Shown here piece after piece: positions 37,569-50,422 of a stretch of 64,000 nucleotides of DNA (the first letter of the stretch is position 1; each line of letters opens with the position of its first letter). This DNA comes from a virus: positions 32,001-96,000 of IMG/VR virus record IMGVR_UViG_3300031722_000008; one strand, given 5' to 3'. Made by a program: the position numbers and the translations under genes. Below the pieces are notes generated by a model that saw only the letters and a program-made list of their open reading frames with translations, did not search any database and had not been told where the DNA came from.

Positions 37569-40500
37569 TTACATTGCACCGCCATTGTTTACGTTTGGTT
37601 GAGGTATTGTAGATAATGTGCCTGCTGCTCCATTCACATTTTTAACTGCTTTAGAAGCTGCATCAGTAGTTGCTCCGAACATTGTATCTGTCCCTGCTTC
37701 TTTTTCTTCTTTATCTTTATCTGATTTCTTGCTAAAGTCTAACTTATCTTTATCAATAGATTCATCTAAGCATTTAGCTATCTTATAGATGTTATCGATA
37801 GTTGCTACAGCACGATTAATATCATTCTTATCAACACCTGTATCGATATTGTGATAAGTTCCATTAACCTTGAGTGCAGTTAAATCATAAGCTATCTTTT
37901 CTAATACTGGTCTTGCAAGGCTTATATCAGATACAACTTCTTTGATGTTTGGATATAAATTATTGTTATCCTCAATTATAGTTGCAAGCTTTTCAGATAA
38001 ATTATATCCGATACCTAATATTCTAGCTACATCTAAGTATTCTTCTGACTCATGTGTTTGAGCATACTTTTCAAACTTAGGTGATAACTCTGCAGTTTCA
38101 TTAGCTAATTTACCTAGAATATTTCCAGCCTTAAATACAGCACCACCTGGTGTAGCCATATTAACAACAGATTTGGTAATCATAGCTCCCATAACTGTCG
38201 AAGCCAATGTCTTAGCAATATCTAGTGGGTTTACATATTTTTGAACAATATTCTTAACTGCTCGAGTAGATACATTTGTCATTGCTCCACCTTGAAGTTT
38301 TTGAATATCTTGTGCAGTACATTCAGCTGGTATTGGGTAACTAGCTCTTGGTTCATTCTTAGCTTTGTATATAATTTCATTTAGCTTATTTCCTTGGAAT
38401 CTAAGTATTCTAAGAACAGCACGAACTTTACCCTCTTTAATTCTATTGAAGTTTTGATTTCTTAGATTAAAGAATCTTTGATTAGTATCCTTATAATCAA
38501 CAAAGACGTTGTATATGCCTACTCTTCTATCAACACATTCAACAACTACAGTGTTAAGAGCAAAGGCAACCTTTTCTACATCATAACCTGCATCATGTAA
38601 TTGATTCTTTGTATCAAACTCATTTTGGTCCTTAAAGTTAGTTGTTATAATTCCAGCAATTTTAATTACTTTTGAATGAGGATCTGCAACAACTACTTCT
38701 TTTTGAGTTCTACCTGAATAACTCATTAGTGAATTGATGATATCTTCCGATAACCCTGATTCCTTTGCTTTCGCAGTTAAGAAATCTTCATGTGATACTT
38801 GTTCAAACTTGTGTTCATCTAGAGTATAGATATCTGTGCTGTCTGAGTTCACAGTCTTTCCACTAAATAAACTGTTTGTATATCCTGAATTGATTGGCTT
38901 ACAGTTATAGTAATAACCAACAGTACTTATCTTATTTTCTCCTATTGAATTTCCATAAGATAAATTACCTATAAATCCAATGTTTAATGGGATTGTAACC
39001 TTATCGCCATTAAGTGCAAAGAAGTTATCATTATTTTGTAGAGCCCTAAGTTCTGTAGTTACAAGTTTGAAAGCTGAATCTACTTTCTTACATAAGAATG
39101 CATCTTTTTCTAAGATTTTAATTCTTCCATCGTTCGCACATACAAACTTAAACCCAGCAGTTTTTCCACTCATGAATGATGTATCAAGGTTAGATAAAAC
39201 TATTCCTGGTGTCATAGAAACTTGACCATCTTTTATTTCAGGGAATACAATAAATGTTCCATGATCGAAATGTCTTGCATCTTCAAATTTAAACTTGACC
39301 ATTTTTTCAGCATTGTCCAGGTCTTTTCTAGTAGGTGTTTGCTTTTCTTCATCAGCTGCTAATTTTTCAAGTTCATCTCTAGTATTCATGGCTGCTCTTT
39401 TATTTAAAACAAATGCAATAGTATTCATTTCTTCTTCTGTCATAGGTTTTAAACTGGCAACTTTTTCCATGATTGCATTTAAATCAGTAACGACGAAAGT
39501 TTCACCTGCATGTTTCTTGAATTGATTTCTAAGAGAGCCTAATTCTTCTAAGCCTTCGTTAGAGTGTGGTTTCTTTGTGAAATTACCAAATATTGCCTTG
39601 AAGTTATTTTTACCATCCTCAACGAAACGCTTCATGTGATCACTAGCTTCTTTATCTATATTTCCATTATCAAGTTTCATTCCGGATTCTCTTAGTATTG
39701 TTTTGACTGCATCTTCCCCATCCATTGGTGCTGGTACTGTTGACTTTTCTCTTTCAACATCTTGAAGTGCCTTATCGAATCCATCAGCTAAATCTTTTCT
39801 ATGAGAACTCCAACCAAGTCCCATAGCATCATATTCATCAGCAGATTTTTCTAATAATCCAGCTGGTGTAGGATTAGAGTTACCAATAAATTCTATTTCA
39901 CCTAACATATTTTCTGATGCAGTCTTATCTGTACCATCAGCTAAATCTTTCTTTAGATTTTCATAAAACTCATGAGTTGAAGATTTCTTTTCAGCTTTAT
40001 TTTTTGCTTGGCATTGTTCATGGAACTCTGCTTCTTTAATTAAATCGTCCAAGGTTTCGCTTGCTGACTTCAATTGAGAATGAGTATCGAATGATAAATC
40101 TCCATCTTTATTGAGAACACTTATCATTTGGTCAGTTGTTAAATCTTGGATATTCTTTTCACTGTAGTTACTAGCAGTCTTCTCTAGTTCTGTGAACTCT
40201 GATGACGCAGTGACGTATCTGCCTGACCCTGGAGTGTAACTTTGAGAATCTCTAATAGACAGCACATCTCCCATGAATCCGGGTGCTGTTGATGGATTGG
40301 TATAATCTGCCAATCCTTGGTATGGTGAGCCATCGCTTTCGCCTGACTGTTCTTTCTCAAGCTGTCTGTCTAGGTTGATTATAATTTTTTGCAGATTTTC
40401 CCTAGAATATGGAACTCTTTGGTTGTCCATTTGAATGACATCAAAAGGCTCTAAATCACCTCCATGAATCATAAAGGGAAGTTCCACTATTTTGCTTCTA

Positions 40501-40817
40501 ACCTTGACTTGTACGGCACCTGTGCCATCTTCTACGAGGTTTTTTCGCACCTTGTCAAAACTAGAGGGTATAAAGGATACACCCACTTCCAGAACTCTTG
40601 GAAAGAAAGTAAGTTCATTATACATGTATTTTCTAATAAAGTCTTCTATATTTTCTTGAGTAGGGTTATCAATATAGATTCCAGCTATCTTTTCTAAACA
40701 AGTATTTTGAACTGAACTGGCTACCTTATCTATCTTTTCGTGATCTACTGTTTCATAATCAGAAGTTAGTGCTAATGAAGCCATCATAGCTTCACTCACG
40801 TTAATTGCTCTTTTCAT
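37569..40817 (-). CDS. Large putative virion protein with more than 15 KxA motifs
   Basis: 1082 aa with AGGAGG RBS. Contains DKVAS, EKIAG, EKTAS, DKTAS, EKSAD, DKEAS, EKVAS, EKLAA, EKVAF, EKIAY, EKEAG and others. Confidence 0.6.
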   Translation of the reverse strand: MKRAINVSEAMMASLALTSDYETVDHEKIDKVASSVQNTCLEKIAGIYIDNPTQENIEDFIRKYMYNELTFFPRVLEVGVSFIPSSFDKVRKNLVEDGTGAVQVKVRSKIVELPFMIHGGDLEPFDVIQMDNQRVPYSRENLQKIIINLDRQLEKEQSGESDGSPYQGLADYTNPSTAPGFMGDVLSIRDSQSYTPGSGRYVTASSEFTELEKTASNYSEKNIQDLTTDQMISVLNKDGDLSFDTHSQLKSASETLDDLIKEAEFHEQCQAKNKAEKKSSTHEFYENLKKDLADGTDKTASENMLGEIEFIGNSNPTPAGLLEKSADEYDAMGLGWSSHRKDLADGFDKALQDVEREKSTVPAPMDGEDAVKTILRESGMKLDNGNIDKEASDHMKRFVEDGKNNFKAIFGNFTKKPHSNEGLEELGSLRNQFKKHAGETFVVTDLNAIMEKVASLKPMTEEEMNTIAFVLNKRAAMNTRDELEKLAADEEKQTPTRKDLDNAEKMVKFKFEDARHFDHGTFIVFPEIKDGQVSMTPGIVLSNLDTSFMSGKTAGFKFVCANDGRIKILEKDAFLCKKVDSAFKLVTTELRALQNNDNFFALNGDKVTIPLNIGFIGNLSYGNSIGENKISTVGYYYNCKPINSGYTNSLFSGKTVNSDSTDIYTLDEHKFEQVSHEDFLTAKAKESGLSEDIINSLMSYSGRTQKEVVVADPHSKVIKIAGIITTNFKDQNEFDTKNQLHDAGYDVEKVAFALNTVVVECVDRRVGIYNVFVDYKDTNQRFFNLRNQNFNRIKEGKVRAVLRILRFQGNKLNEIIYKAKNEPRASYPIPAECTAQDIQKLQGGAMTNVSTRAVKNIVQKYVNPLDIAKTLASTVMGAMITKSVVNMATPGGAVFKAGNILGKLANETAELSPKFEKYAQTHESEEYLDVARILGIGYNLSEKLATIIEDNNNLYPNIKEVVSDISLARPVLEKIAYDLTALKVNGTYHNIDTGVDKNDINRAVATIDNIYKIAKCLDESIDKDKLDFSKKSDKDKEEKEAGTDTMFGATTDAASKAVKNVNGAAGTLSTIPQPNVNNGGAM

Positions 40818-40966
40818 AATCTTTTCTACCTCCTTTAATTTCTATCTTTATTTTAGATTAAAAAGAGGTTTGTTACAAGTTATTATATATTATCTATTAA
40901 ATCTTGTATAAGATATTAAAGAAAATGATATATCATTTTCGAAATTACTTTCGGGAGGAATTAAAT

Positions 40967-41731
40967 ATGAAGACAAAACGTATCGAAGGATTGGTGAGAA
41001 AAGCTATGTTATCAAAAACAAAGGATGAGTCAGCAAGAAAAGTGGTTTACTCTGATGGAGGTAGGCTTGAAAAAACTTTAGTTAAATCAGGAATAACTAT
41101 AATTGAAGAGCATCCAGTAATTAAAAGTGAACTACAAAAAGAAAATGAGGATCTAAAAAAAGAGAATGAAGAACTTACAGAGAGTGAAGCTAATTGGTCG
41201 AAGAAATATAATGAATTACTAGGAAAATTTAATGAAAGAGGAAGAGAAGTTAGAAGTTTACTTAATAGAAATACCAATCTAGTACATGAACTTGATAGAA
41301 AAACTAAGGTAGCTAATGAGTTTGAAAGTGCATATGAGAAAAAACTTGATGAACTTGTAAGAAAAACTAAAGTAGCTAATAATCTTAATTCAAATTATAA
41401 TAAATCAATAGAGGAAGTTCATGAATTAAAGATATATAATAAACAATTAAATCTCACTAATTCTTCACTTAATTCTCAGCTAGCAAAAGCTAATAAATCT
41501 ATGCCTATTGAACTAGTAATTAAAGATGTACGTGATTTTCTACGTAATTCTACTAAAGAAGGATTGTTCAGTGTTTCTTGTGAAGGTTTGTATGAATATT
41601 ATAAAACATCTAGAAATCATATGTACTATCTTCCTGAATTAGAAACTTTCGATGCTATTATGCTACAATTTGGCTATTGCACAGTAGTTGATGATGATAA
41701 TTCATGGTTTGGATTGACTGTCGTACAATAA
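40967..41731 (+). CDS. Coiled-coil protein with a C-terminal D5/P4-alpha-type winged-helix-like domain (candidate origin binder)
   Basis: VSCEGLYEYYK...F..IM..FGY.......WFGL resembles the primase-helicase C-terminal wHTH. Adjacent to the iterons. Confidence 0.4.
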   Translation: MKTKRIEGLVRKAMLSKTKDESARKVVYSDGGRLEKTLVKSGITIIEEHPVIKSELQKENEDLKKENEELTESEANWSKKYNELLGKFNERGREVRSLLNRNTNLVHELDRKTKVANEFESAYEKKLDELVRKTKVANNLNSNYNKSIEEVHELKIYNKQLNLTNSSLNSQLAKANKSMPIELVIKDVRDFLRNSTKEGLFSVSCEGLYEYYKTSRNHMYYLPELETFDAIMLQFGYCTVVDDDNSWFGLTVVQ

Positions 41732-41827
41732 AATTCATTTGAATACCGATTGGAGGGCAATTGCCCTCCAATTTTTCATTTTAGGTTCAAAATCATCAAC
41801 TAATTGATAATCATTTCTAATTGACAA

Positions 41828-42346
41828 TGGACACTTTTAAAATCAAAGTGTCCATTTTGGACTTTTCATATAATTGAGAAATTTCTAGTCCAGGAAAAGA
41901 AAAATAAAAAGTGGACAGATGGAAATAAATGGGTGTCCACAAAGTGTCCAAGCTTTTTTCTTGTCCCAAAAAGGATTCTCACTAAAAATGATGAATTTGG
42001 ACACTTTTTAGCTAAGGGTATCCCCCTTTATGTAAAAATTCTTTAAAAAAATCTTAAAATAAGAGAGAATTTAAAGGAAAAGGAGTGAATTAAAAAATTA
42101 CCCCTATATAGTTTATCTTAAAGTGTCCTAATATATATATATTATTATATTATATTATATATATATAACCTATAAGTAAGTGTCCATAAGGGTTTCCCCA
42201 AAAATGATTTACCAAATATTATCATTACTGGTGGACACTTACTGGACACTTGAGGACACCCTTATTTTTCCAAAGCAATTATTTCCTTTCAGAGAGCCAC
42301 GCCCACCATGTCCACAAGGACACTTACAGAAATTGTAAGTGTCCAC
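41828..42346. repeat. Iteron array around an AT-rich core: putative replication origin
   Basis: 12 exact GGACAC/GTGTCC cores (consensus TGGACACTT) in both orientations. Near-pure A/T tract at 42129-42168. Confidence 0.7.
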
Positions 42347-42694
42347 ATTATAGTTTTTTATTATACTGATGAGTACAAATTATCAGAGTATTCTATGTTT
42401 TTGTACTGACGAGTATAAATTGCGCTCAATTTTGCATTTTAGTATATTTTCCACGCAAGCCATGACATAGATGATACAATATAAAACAGAACGGAGGTGT
42501 AAGCCATGAAAACTGTAGTAATAGGAATCATCATTTATATAGTATTGCTGATTATCACGCTAGCATTTGTGCGAGGTGCAAGTGGCAAGGAGAGCAAGGA
42601 ATGAAATTCATCAAAGTCTTGGATTAATTAGTATAAGACATTAAAGAAGAAAGAGCTTAAGACTAAGTTTATTTCTTCTTTAATATTTTGTTTT

Positions 42695-44805
42695 ATGATT
42701 GGAGGGATTTGTATAAAATGTTGTGTCGAGGGTTGCGAGAACGAAGCAATCAAAACTATTCCTTTTGTTTGTACTAATTCAAGTTTAGATTTAAGGCTCC
42801 ATGATGGTGAAACCTTTAATTTGTCTGTATGTGCGAAGCATGAGGAGAAAATAATAATACCAACAGAAATAAGTTATGAAATCAAATGGGAGGGAGAAAA
42901 TCATGAGTCAATATAAATATTCTATAGATTTTAAAGTAATGAATCCAGAAAGTGTAGAGCTTATAAACAAAGGATTCAACATGAATCAATCATCAATGAT
43001 AAATTCAGCAGTAGTGGAATCAATCACTACTGCTTTGAATTTAAAACAAACAGCTTTTATTATAACAGATTCTCAATTAATTAAGGATGATACAGTAATC
43101 GGAATAGAAGACAGAAATGAGCCACGAATGATAGAAGATTTAGTAAGTATTAATAATCTTCTTGCTGTAATTGATTTGAGTGATGAGTTTAATGATCATG
43201 TATTTGAATTGGAAAGATTATACAACAAAAAGATGGAAGGTCGAATAGGTTTTATGACATGGCTAAATTATTATATAAAAATTGATTACAGTTCCGTTGG
43301 ATTTAAAGACAAAGCAATAGCAGCTATAAGAAAAGCTGATGAATTGATAGGAAAAAATAAAATCAAATGGGAGGGCGAAAATAGTGAGAATAAGTGATGA
43401 TAAAATGAATGAAATAGTTAAGGAAGTGGTAGGTGAAGTCACTTCAAACTACGAAATCGGAGAAATATGGAATGGACTTGATGAGCCATATAAAGAAGAT
43501 GTTGAGAATAAAGTATTTGGAATAATTAAAAATGGAATTAATAATGAAGAATTTGGAAGTATATCCGATGAAGAACTTAGTGAGTGGGGATTCACTGAAA
43601 ATCAAAAAGAGATTATTAAAAAGATGTATGCAACTCATAAGAAAGGAACTTTTCCAAACCCTAGATGTGCACTGTATTAAGGAGGCAAATTAATGAAATC
43701 AACAGAATTAATAAAAAGATCAGATGCTGATATTTTACCAATTAAAACAGGTGTTCCTTATACAAAGGAAGTTTTATGGGATTATATCAAAGAAAATGAA
43801 AATCAAAAGAAAGAAGATGTCTTTATCGATAAAGGAGAAAAAACCAGTTATCTATGTCATTTATCGCTAGAAACTTTCAGTCTTTGTTTTTTACTCAATG
43901 CAAGTAAATTAAAAGAAACAGATAAAATAATAGTAACCTTAGACGGAAATAGGTTAAGTATAAAAGAGATTGAAGGTGACAGTAATGGTTCAATGTAAAA
44001 TATCAATAAATAATGAAGAGGGTTGCATCAACTGCTGTGATTTCTGTACTTCACAGTGTGAGAAGAAATGTATTTTTACTAAAAGAGGATTGGCTTGCGA
44101 CAATAAACTGATTGGCAAGGAGAGTGAGAACGATGAGTGAAGCTGCTAAAAAAATAGCCTTGATAGTAACTTTAACTAATGGGAAAAGATATGCTATTGC
44201 ATCTGATACATCACCATTAGTTTTTATTGCATCACTGAATGGTGATGGATTTAAATATTATGAATTATATACAGATCAAATGGATTATAATGTCCATTGT
44301 AAACTCAATAGAGTTGCTATCAATGCTAGGGATATATCTTCAGTAGAATATTATGAAAAGACAGGTGATGAAGATGGAGTTAAAGAGTAGCGAAGAATTA
44401 TATCCTGGATGGGAAGATGCTAACAAAACTATAGATAAGATAAATAATATGTTTGCAGTATCAATACAATGTGGAGGTTGTACTGATATAAGTTTCTTTC
44501 CACAAGGAATAGATTCAATAGTTCCAATGAAATATCAGTATCAAGTTCATAATAGAACTTTAGCTTTTAATAAGTGGCTTATTATGCAATTAAAGATTGG
44601 ACACTTTTGGCATCTTCCTAATTTAGGATATTCCGGTGCAGTAGCTAAAATAATATTAAATAAGATTAAGTCATATGAGAAAGAAAATCATTTAGATATA
44701 AGCAAACTTTACAAAACAGTTATGGGAGTATGGAGTGGTCCTGATTTTGTTCCACTTCCTGAGTCACTAACACGTTTCATTAAATTATATGAGATAGAGA
44801 GGTAG
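42695..44805 (+). other. Run of small hypothetical genes (42695-42916, 42903-43397, 43384-43680, 43693-43998, about 44133-44390, about 44374-44805)
   Basis: Coupled ORFs with RBSs. Confidence 0.55.
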
Positions 44806-44813
44806 GAAATAAT

Positions 44814-45362
44814 ATGAAGATATGTTTTACAGGCCATCGTCCAGATAAACTTGGAGGGTACAATAGAGATTCTGATAAAAATCTAAGAATAAAAGAAAAA
44901 ATAAAAAATACGGTGCTTGAAATAATTAAAGATCAATACAACGTATGCACTGTAATCGTTGGTGGAGCGCTTGGTACTGACCAAATGGCTTTCGACGCGT
45001 GCCATGAAATAAAGTGGCCACTAACTATTGAAATAGCAATACCATTTGGTCAGCAGTATATAAAATGGACACCAAAACAACAAGAATATTATCTAGAACA
45101 ACTCAAACTAGCAGATGAAGTTACCGCAGTAGATTATGTAGAGGGGTATGAAGTAAAAGGAATCGATAAAGATATTTACCATCCAGGCAAAATGGATAAG
45201 AGAAATAGATACATGGTAGATAACGCTGACATTGTTATCGCTGTATGGAATGGTGACGAGAAAAGTAAAAGTGGCACTTGGAACTGCATTAAATATGCAA
45301 GAAAAAAAGGTAAGAAGATCATTTATATAGATCCTAATAATTTGGAGGAGGCAGCAAGATGA
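44814..45362 (+). CDS. SLOG-superfamily (YspA/DUF1273-like) protein
   Basis: FTGHRP, GGALGTD, RNRYMVDNAD...AVWNG...SGT..CIKYA. Confidence 0.8.
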   Translation: MKICFTGHRPDKLGGYNRDSDKNLRIKEKIKNTVLEIIKDQYNVCTVIVGGALGTDQMAFDACHEIKWPLTIEIAIPFGQQYIKWTPKQQEYYLEQLKLADEVTAVDYVEGYEVKGIDKDIYHPGKMDKRNRYMVDNADIVIAVWNGDEKSKSGTWNCIKYARKKGKKIIYIDPNNLEEAAR

Positions 45363-45698
45363 GTAAAGAAATTGATAATGCAGTAAAATTACTAAGGGAT
45401 AATGGGTATGCAGTTAAAAAATTAACCAATTCAATGAAAAAAGATAGCCAAAAATGTGCAGAGTTAAGTGCTAAAGGAAAAGAAATGGAGTGCTTTGGAT
45501 GCGCTTGTAGTATCTGTATAGCTCAATAAATAGGAGGAGGAAAATTAAGATGAAATTAAGAGATAAATACGGATGGCCGATAGAAACAGTTAAAGGAAAC
45601 CATGTAGTAAATTTCTTCAGAACACTATTTCTTATAAATTTAAGAAAAACCTATAATAAAAGGAATGATAAATAATTTAGAAAGCGAGGAATAATAAA

Positions 45699-48600
45699 AT
45701 GGCAATGAAAGATGGAATATTTCTACATGATTACCTTCATGTAGAAACAGATAGTTTTGGAAATCAAGATGAAGAACAAGTAAAAGTAGGGTTAGTTAAT
45801 TTTGGTAGTGAGGGCAAAAGACACTACTCTTTTGATGAAGTAAAGGAAATGATTGAGAGTGGTGAACTAAAAGATGATAATATCAAAATAAATGAAAAGG
45901 GTGAAGTTCAGCTACGCGGTCACTACTTAACTTATTGCAAAGCATTCAATGTTGTTTGCGGCAGACCAATTAATGTTAAAAATGAGGAAGATAGTAAGAA
46001 AATTATAGAATATGGAAGAAAGATAGGTATAATCCATGATGATTTTGTTCCTATGGAAGGTTGGTTTGGAACAAAAGAAGTAAAGGAAGATTTAATTATT
46101 GTAGATTACAATGAAGAAGAGCCTGAAAAAACTTTTACAATCACATATACCTTTAAGAACAAGGAATTAGATGATAATTTTGCAGAGGATATTTGTATTG
46201 GTGCGATAAAGAAGTTAGCTGGCCACAGAGTTACAGTTCATAGAGGTGAACCTGAACCAGACATAGAAAAGATATTTGAATGTTCAGATGTATGGTTTAA
46301 TAAGGAAGAGAAGAAACTTATAATTAGTGGAGTCAAAGCACAGTGGATGACAAAGCACATTGAGTTCGCAATTAAGAATTTGGATTTAGAATTATGGATG
46401 TTATTTAATCCTAATAAATTATGGAATAGATTCTTCTACGCAGCAACGCAAGCAGTGAGAGATAGAAATCAAGAGCATTGGTTCAACGATTTGATCCAAC
46501 CAAAGAGTGAAACTAAGAGAAATACTGAATGGAAAGATAAAAAGCTTGGAAAAACATGGGAGGGCAAGGAATAATTATGGATAGTGTAAAATGGGCGCTC
46601 GCATCTTCACTGAATACAAGTCCAGATAAGACTGTAGTGAAATCAACATCCAATTCAATTAGTGTCAAGAACAAAGGTTGCAAAGGCACAATGAGGAAAA
46701 GGAGTCAATGTACTACATGCGGTAGGAAAGGCACTTATCAAATGGGAATATTTGCATGGGGAGCTTGTTGCAATAGAGATGATGGTTGGAGAAGACTTGA
46801 GGGCGAATTAAAAAAGGATAAGCCATGTGAATTCTATATAATAAAGGAGAGTAAGGAAGATGTTAGATAGAGGCGAAAATGGAAAATTAAAATTAGATAC
46901 GAATAGCTTAGCATTATTTATAAATGAATTGTATAGCCAATGTAAAACCCAAGAAGAAGTAGACTTTCTAAAAGAAAATCTAGTAAGTGTATCTGAATGT
47001 GAAGCAGAAACAAGAGAAGAGGAGATAGAAGATGGTAAGGACAATAATTAATTCAACAAAAACAAGAAGACAACCAATGCCAAATCAATGTGAAATATGC
47101 GGTAATTATAAAGCAGAAAAGAAAGAAAACAGAGATATTACTGATAGCACTAAAAATAAATGTTTCAAACAATGGGAAAGAGGAAACAATAAGTATGCAC
47201 CATTCACTAACAGTAAAAGAGAAATAGAGCTTACATGTAATGAATTTAGTCATATGAGAGTATTAAAAGCATGGTAGGAGGAATTAATTATGCCAAAAAT
47301 TAAAAATCAAAGAGAAACCGAAAGAGCAGTAAGTGAAATATCTTCACTTGTAGGATATATTAAAGTTGCCGATGAGTTCATCACTAAAAAGTTCAGTGGA
47401 GATGAGTATTCAGTAGGCTTTTCTATTCCAGTTCCAGGTGATTATTCTGATAAATTTGAATCTGCAATGATTTGCAAAAATAAAAGAATTATAAATTCAA
47501 TGGTAAGGCAATACAAGAATGAATCAAGAGCAAAGATTATAAGTATACTGGAGAAACACCCAGAAATAGAATTAGATGATGAAGAAATGAGTCTAGTATA
47601 CGTAAAGAAAGATAATAAACTGTTATATGCGATTTGGGTAGACGAAAACAATCCATTCTTAATAGGATCTATTTATATACTGCAAGACCTAGATAATGAA
47701 TGTTACTATGTTAAACAGGGAAATTGCGATGCTGTAGCTAAGGATTCTGTCACATTAATATCAAAAGAATTTTATGAATTATTATTTCAATCACAACAAA
47801 GTATTTACAATAACATTAAACTAATGGACTTACTTCCTGTAGCAAAAGAGCATTTAACTGGAATATGTAAATTGAAAAATGTACACAGAAAGGATGATGA
47901 TAGTGAAAGATAAAAGAGCAGAGCTATTAGAGAGATGGGGCAAGTTGGGAGTTATTTGTGTGCGTGGAGTAAACCCCTACTCTCACCCACTAGATAAATT
48001 AGAAGAAGTAATTGATTGGCTAGAAAAGAAGAAGGCGAAAGATGAGGCGAATAAATAATGGGTATCGATAGATGCAAAATAGTATGCAGTAGAGATGGAG
48101 GACCAAACACAATAACTTTTGGACAAGTGTATGAAGCGGTTTTTGCTAATATGCTAGAAGACCGCTCAAAATGCACACAATACTTTATTATTAATGATAA
48201 AAATGAAGGGGAAATAGTCAGTGGATTTAATTTTTTATACTATACTGAATCTAGAAGTTTTGATAGCGCAATAAAATGGTTTAGTGATAGCGATATAGAT
48301 AAAGTACTTTTTGTTCCGGGTAAAATAAGAATTTATAAAGAAAAAGTAAAAGAAGACAGTATTTTCAATCTTAATTATATGGTCAGTTGTGAAACCGGAG
48401 GAACTAAGAAGTTTGAAGATATTGATGATATTGAACTTAAATTATCTCTATTAAAAGAAGATTGGATGATATGTAGATTGAATCCACTTTCTCACGCATA
48501 GGAGGAAATTATGAAAATAGTATTAGTTAAAGAGCAAGGAACAGTTAGAATACTAGAGGGTAAAGGTAAAGTAGATGGCAATGCGCTAGCATTGAGGTCT

Positions 48601-50337
48601 AAGTTTGCTGGTGGAGATTTGAAATACTATGAGTTAGATTATGAAGAGAGAGAAGGGTGTCCATTAGAGGGATATATAGTGGTATTGAATGAGCATCCTA
48701 ACCTGCTTAACACATCTAAGATGATAAGGGAGTTGTAATATCTATGGGGGTATGCAAAATTGAATTATTAAAAAATATAATCAAAGAAAGTATCAGTAAC
48801 AAGTGTAAACTACTAGAGGATAGAAAATTAAAAAATCTTCATAAAAGAATGAGAGAAGAGTTAAGCACATTAAATACTTTAAATAGTATAATAACAGATA
48901 TTGATAGTGAATGTTTCTATACTATTACGAATGGTGATAAATATTTAAACTCAAGTATCACAAAGAAAGATACAGGGGATATATGTGAAGCCATGAGATT
49001 CAGAGAAGAAGATGGAGCAAAAAGATTTAGTTCAACATTAACTGATGATTATAAACCAGTAAAGGTAAGTTTTATTATCAGTGATATTTAAAGAAAGGTG
49101 GCAAATAATATGATATCAACAAAAAGAGTAGCTGAAATTTTAAGCGATTGTTTCTTAAAGAAAGAGGAAATTGTAGATGATAAACCAATCATTGAACCTA
49201 TTTATGTAGAGAGTATTAAAATAACATTTGGACTTCATCCAGAAAGAATCAAGGCACACGCAGAAGAAATTGGTACTATGGTAAATGAACTTCCAGATAA
49301 ATTTAAGGAGGGGAGTTCATTCTTAGATATGTGCATAACGAAAGATGGTAAGCTCTGGACAGGCTTTCAACAACAAATGGAACAATTAATGATACTTGGT
49401 GTTGCTGCTGGAAAGTTAGAATATTGCGCTCCTAAAAAGGATTGGTATGCACTTCCTGGTGGTATGCCATATGTAAGGATTACTAAGGAGAGTAAAGATG
49501 AAGAATAGGGTACCAATAGAAAAATTCTTTGAATTGACTGATGAGCAAATATTTGGGCTTTTTAAAACTATGTCATTTATCTCCTTGAATTTAAAAACAC
49601 CCGAAGATATAGGTAAAGCAAGAAGAGTTTTTGTAAATATGGGAGTAACTCATACTGCAATAGATGCATTACACCATGGATTAAATATGACAACTATTTT
49701 AGATATCCTTACTAAAAATCATACAGTTAAAGCAATGGAGCAACAATGTATTATTCATAATGAACCAGACTACGGATTCAAATGGTATATAGAATTATTC
49801 CACGACATCGACGTTCCCCTTGTAACTGCAGAAGATTAAGAATTAATATATGCTTTATGGGAGTTGTTAAAGAAAGTATATATAGTATAATTATATTATT
49901 ATACACAAAGGAGTGAACTTATGGATAACAATAACAATATTAATATTGATCAAGCAATGAATGGGTTAACATTGTGGCATGGAGAAATCTCTAGCTTCGA
50001 CAACAACGTAAGAGATGAAACGGATAATCTTAGGATAGTATGTTTAAATCTGCAAATGGAAGGCAGTAGATATCAAATACCAACAATAGAACCAATAGCA
50101 AAAAACCTTGCTGCTACTATTGTAAAATTAAATACCCAATGCAATCTATTAATAAATAAAGGTAGAAAAGAATTGGGGGAATTTACTAAATTCATATTTG
50201 ATTATATAAAAGAATGTCAAAAAGAAATACAATTATTAAAGACAGAAATAAACAGCTCATATGAAAGAAATGAATTACTGGCTAAGGAAAATGCAGAGCT
50301 TAAAAAAGAAATAGAGGAATTAAAGAATAGACAATAA
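45699..50337 (+). other. Dense run of about a dozen hypothetical genes
   Basis: ORFs 45699-46574, 46577-46870, 46860-47051, 47032-47277, 47290-47913, 48058-48501, 48511-48738, 48744-49091, 49098-49508, 49498-49839 and 49921-50337, with RBSs or overlaps. Confidence 0.55.
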
Positions 50338-50422
50338 TAACGTGGGCCATATGGCCCACGTTATTATTTTGCCCTTTATATCGTATAAGATATTAAAGAA
50401 TAAAAGAAAGAGAGTGATAAAT

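Noticed and set aside
37569-40817. Major capsid, tail sheath or RNA polymerase subunit assignment
   Set aside because: No recognisable HK97, sheath or DxDGD-type motifs, so it is left as a putative virion protein.
42364-42425. CTGATGAG/CTGACGAG as hammerhead ribozyme cores
   Set aside because: There is no correctly placed GAAA after a stem II. They fit better as TACT-N4-AGTA protein-binding repeats.
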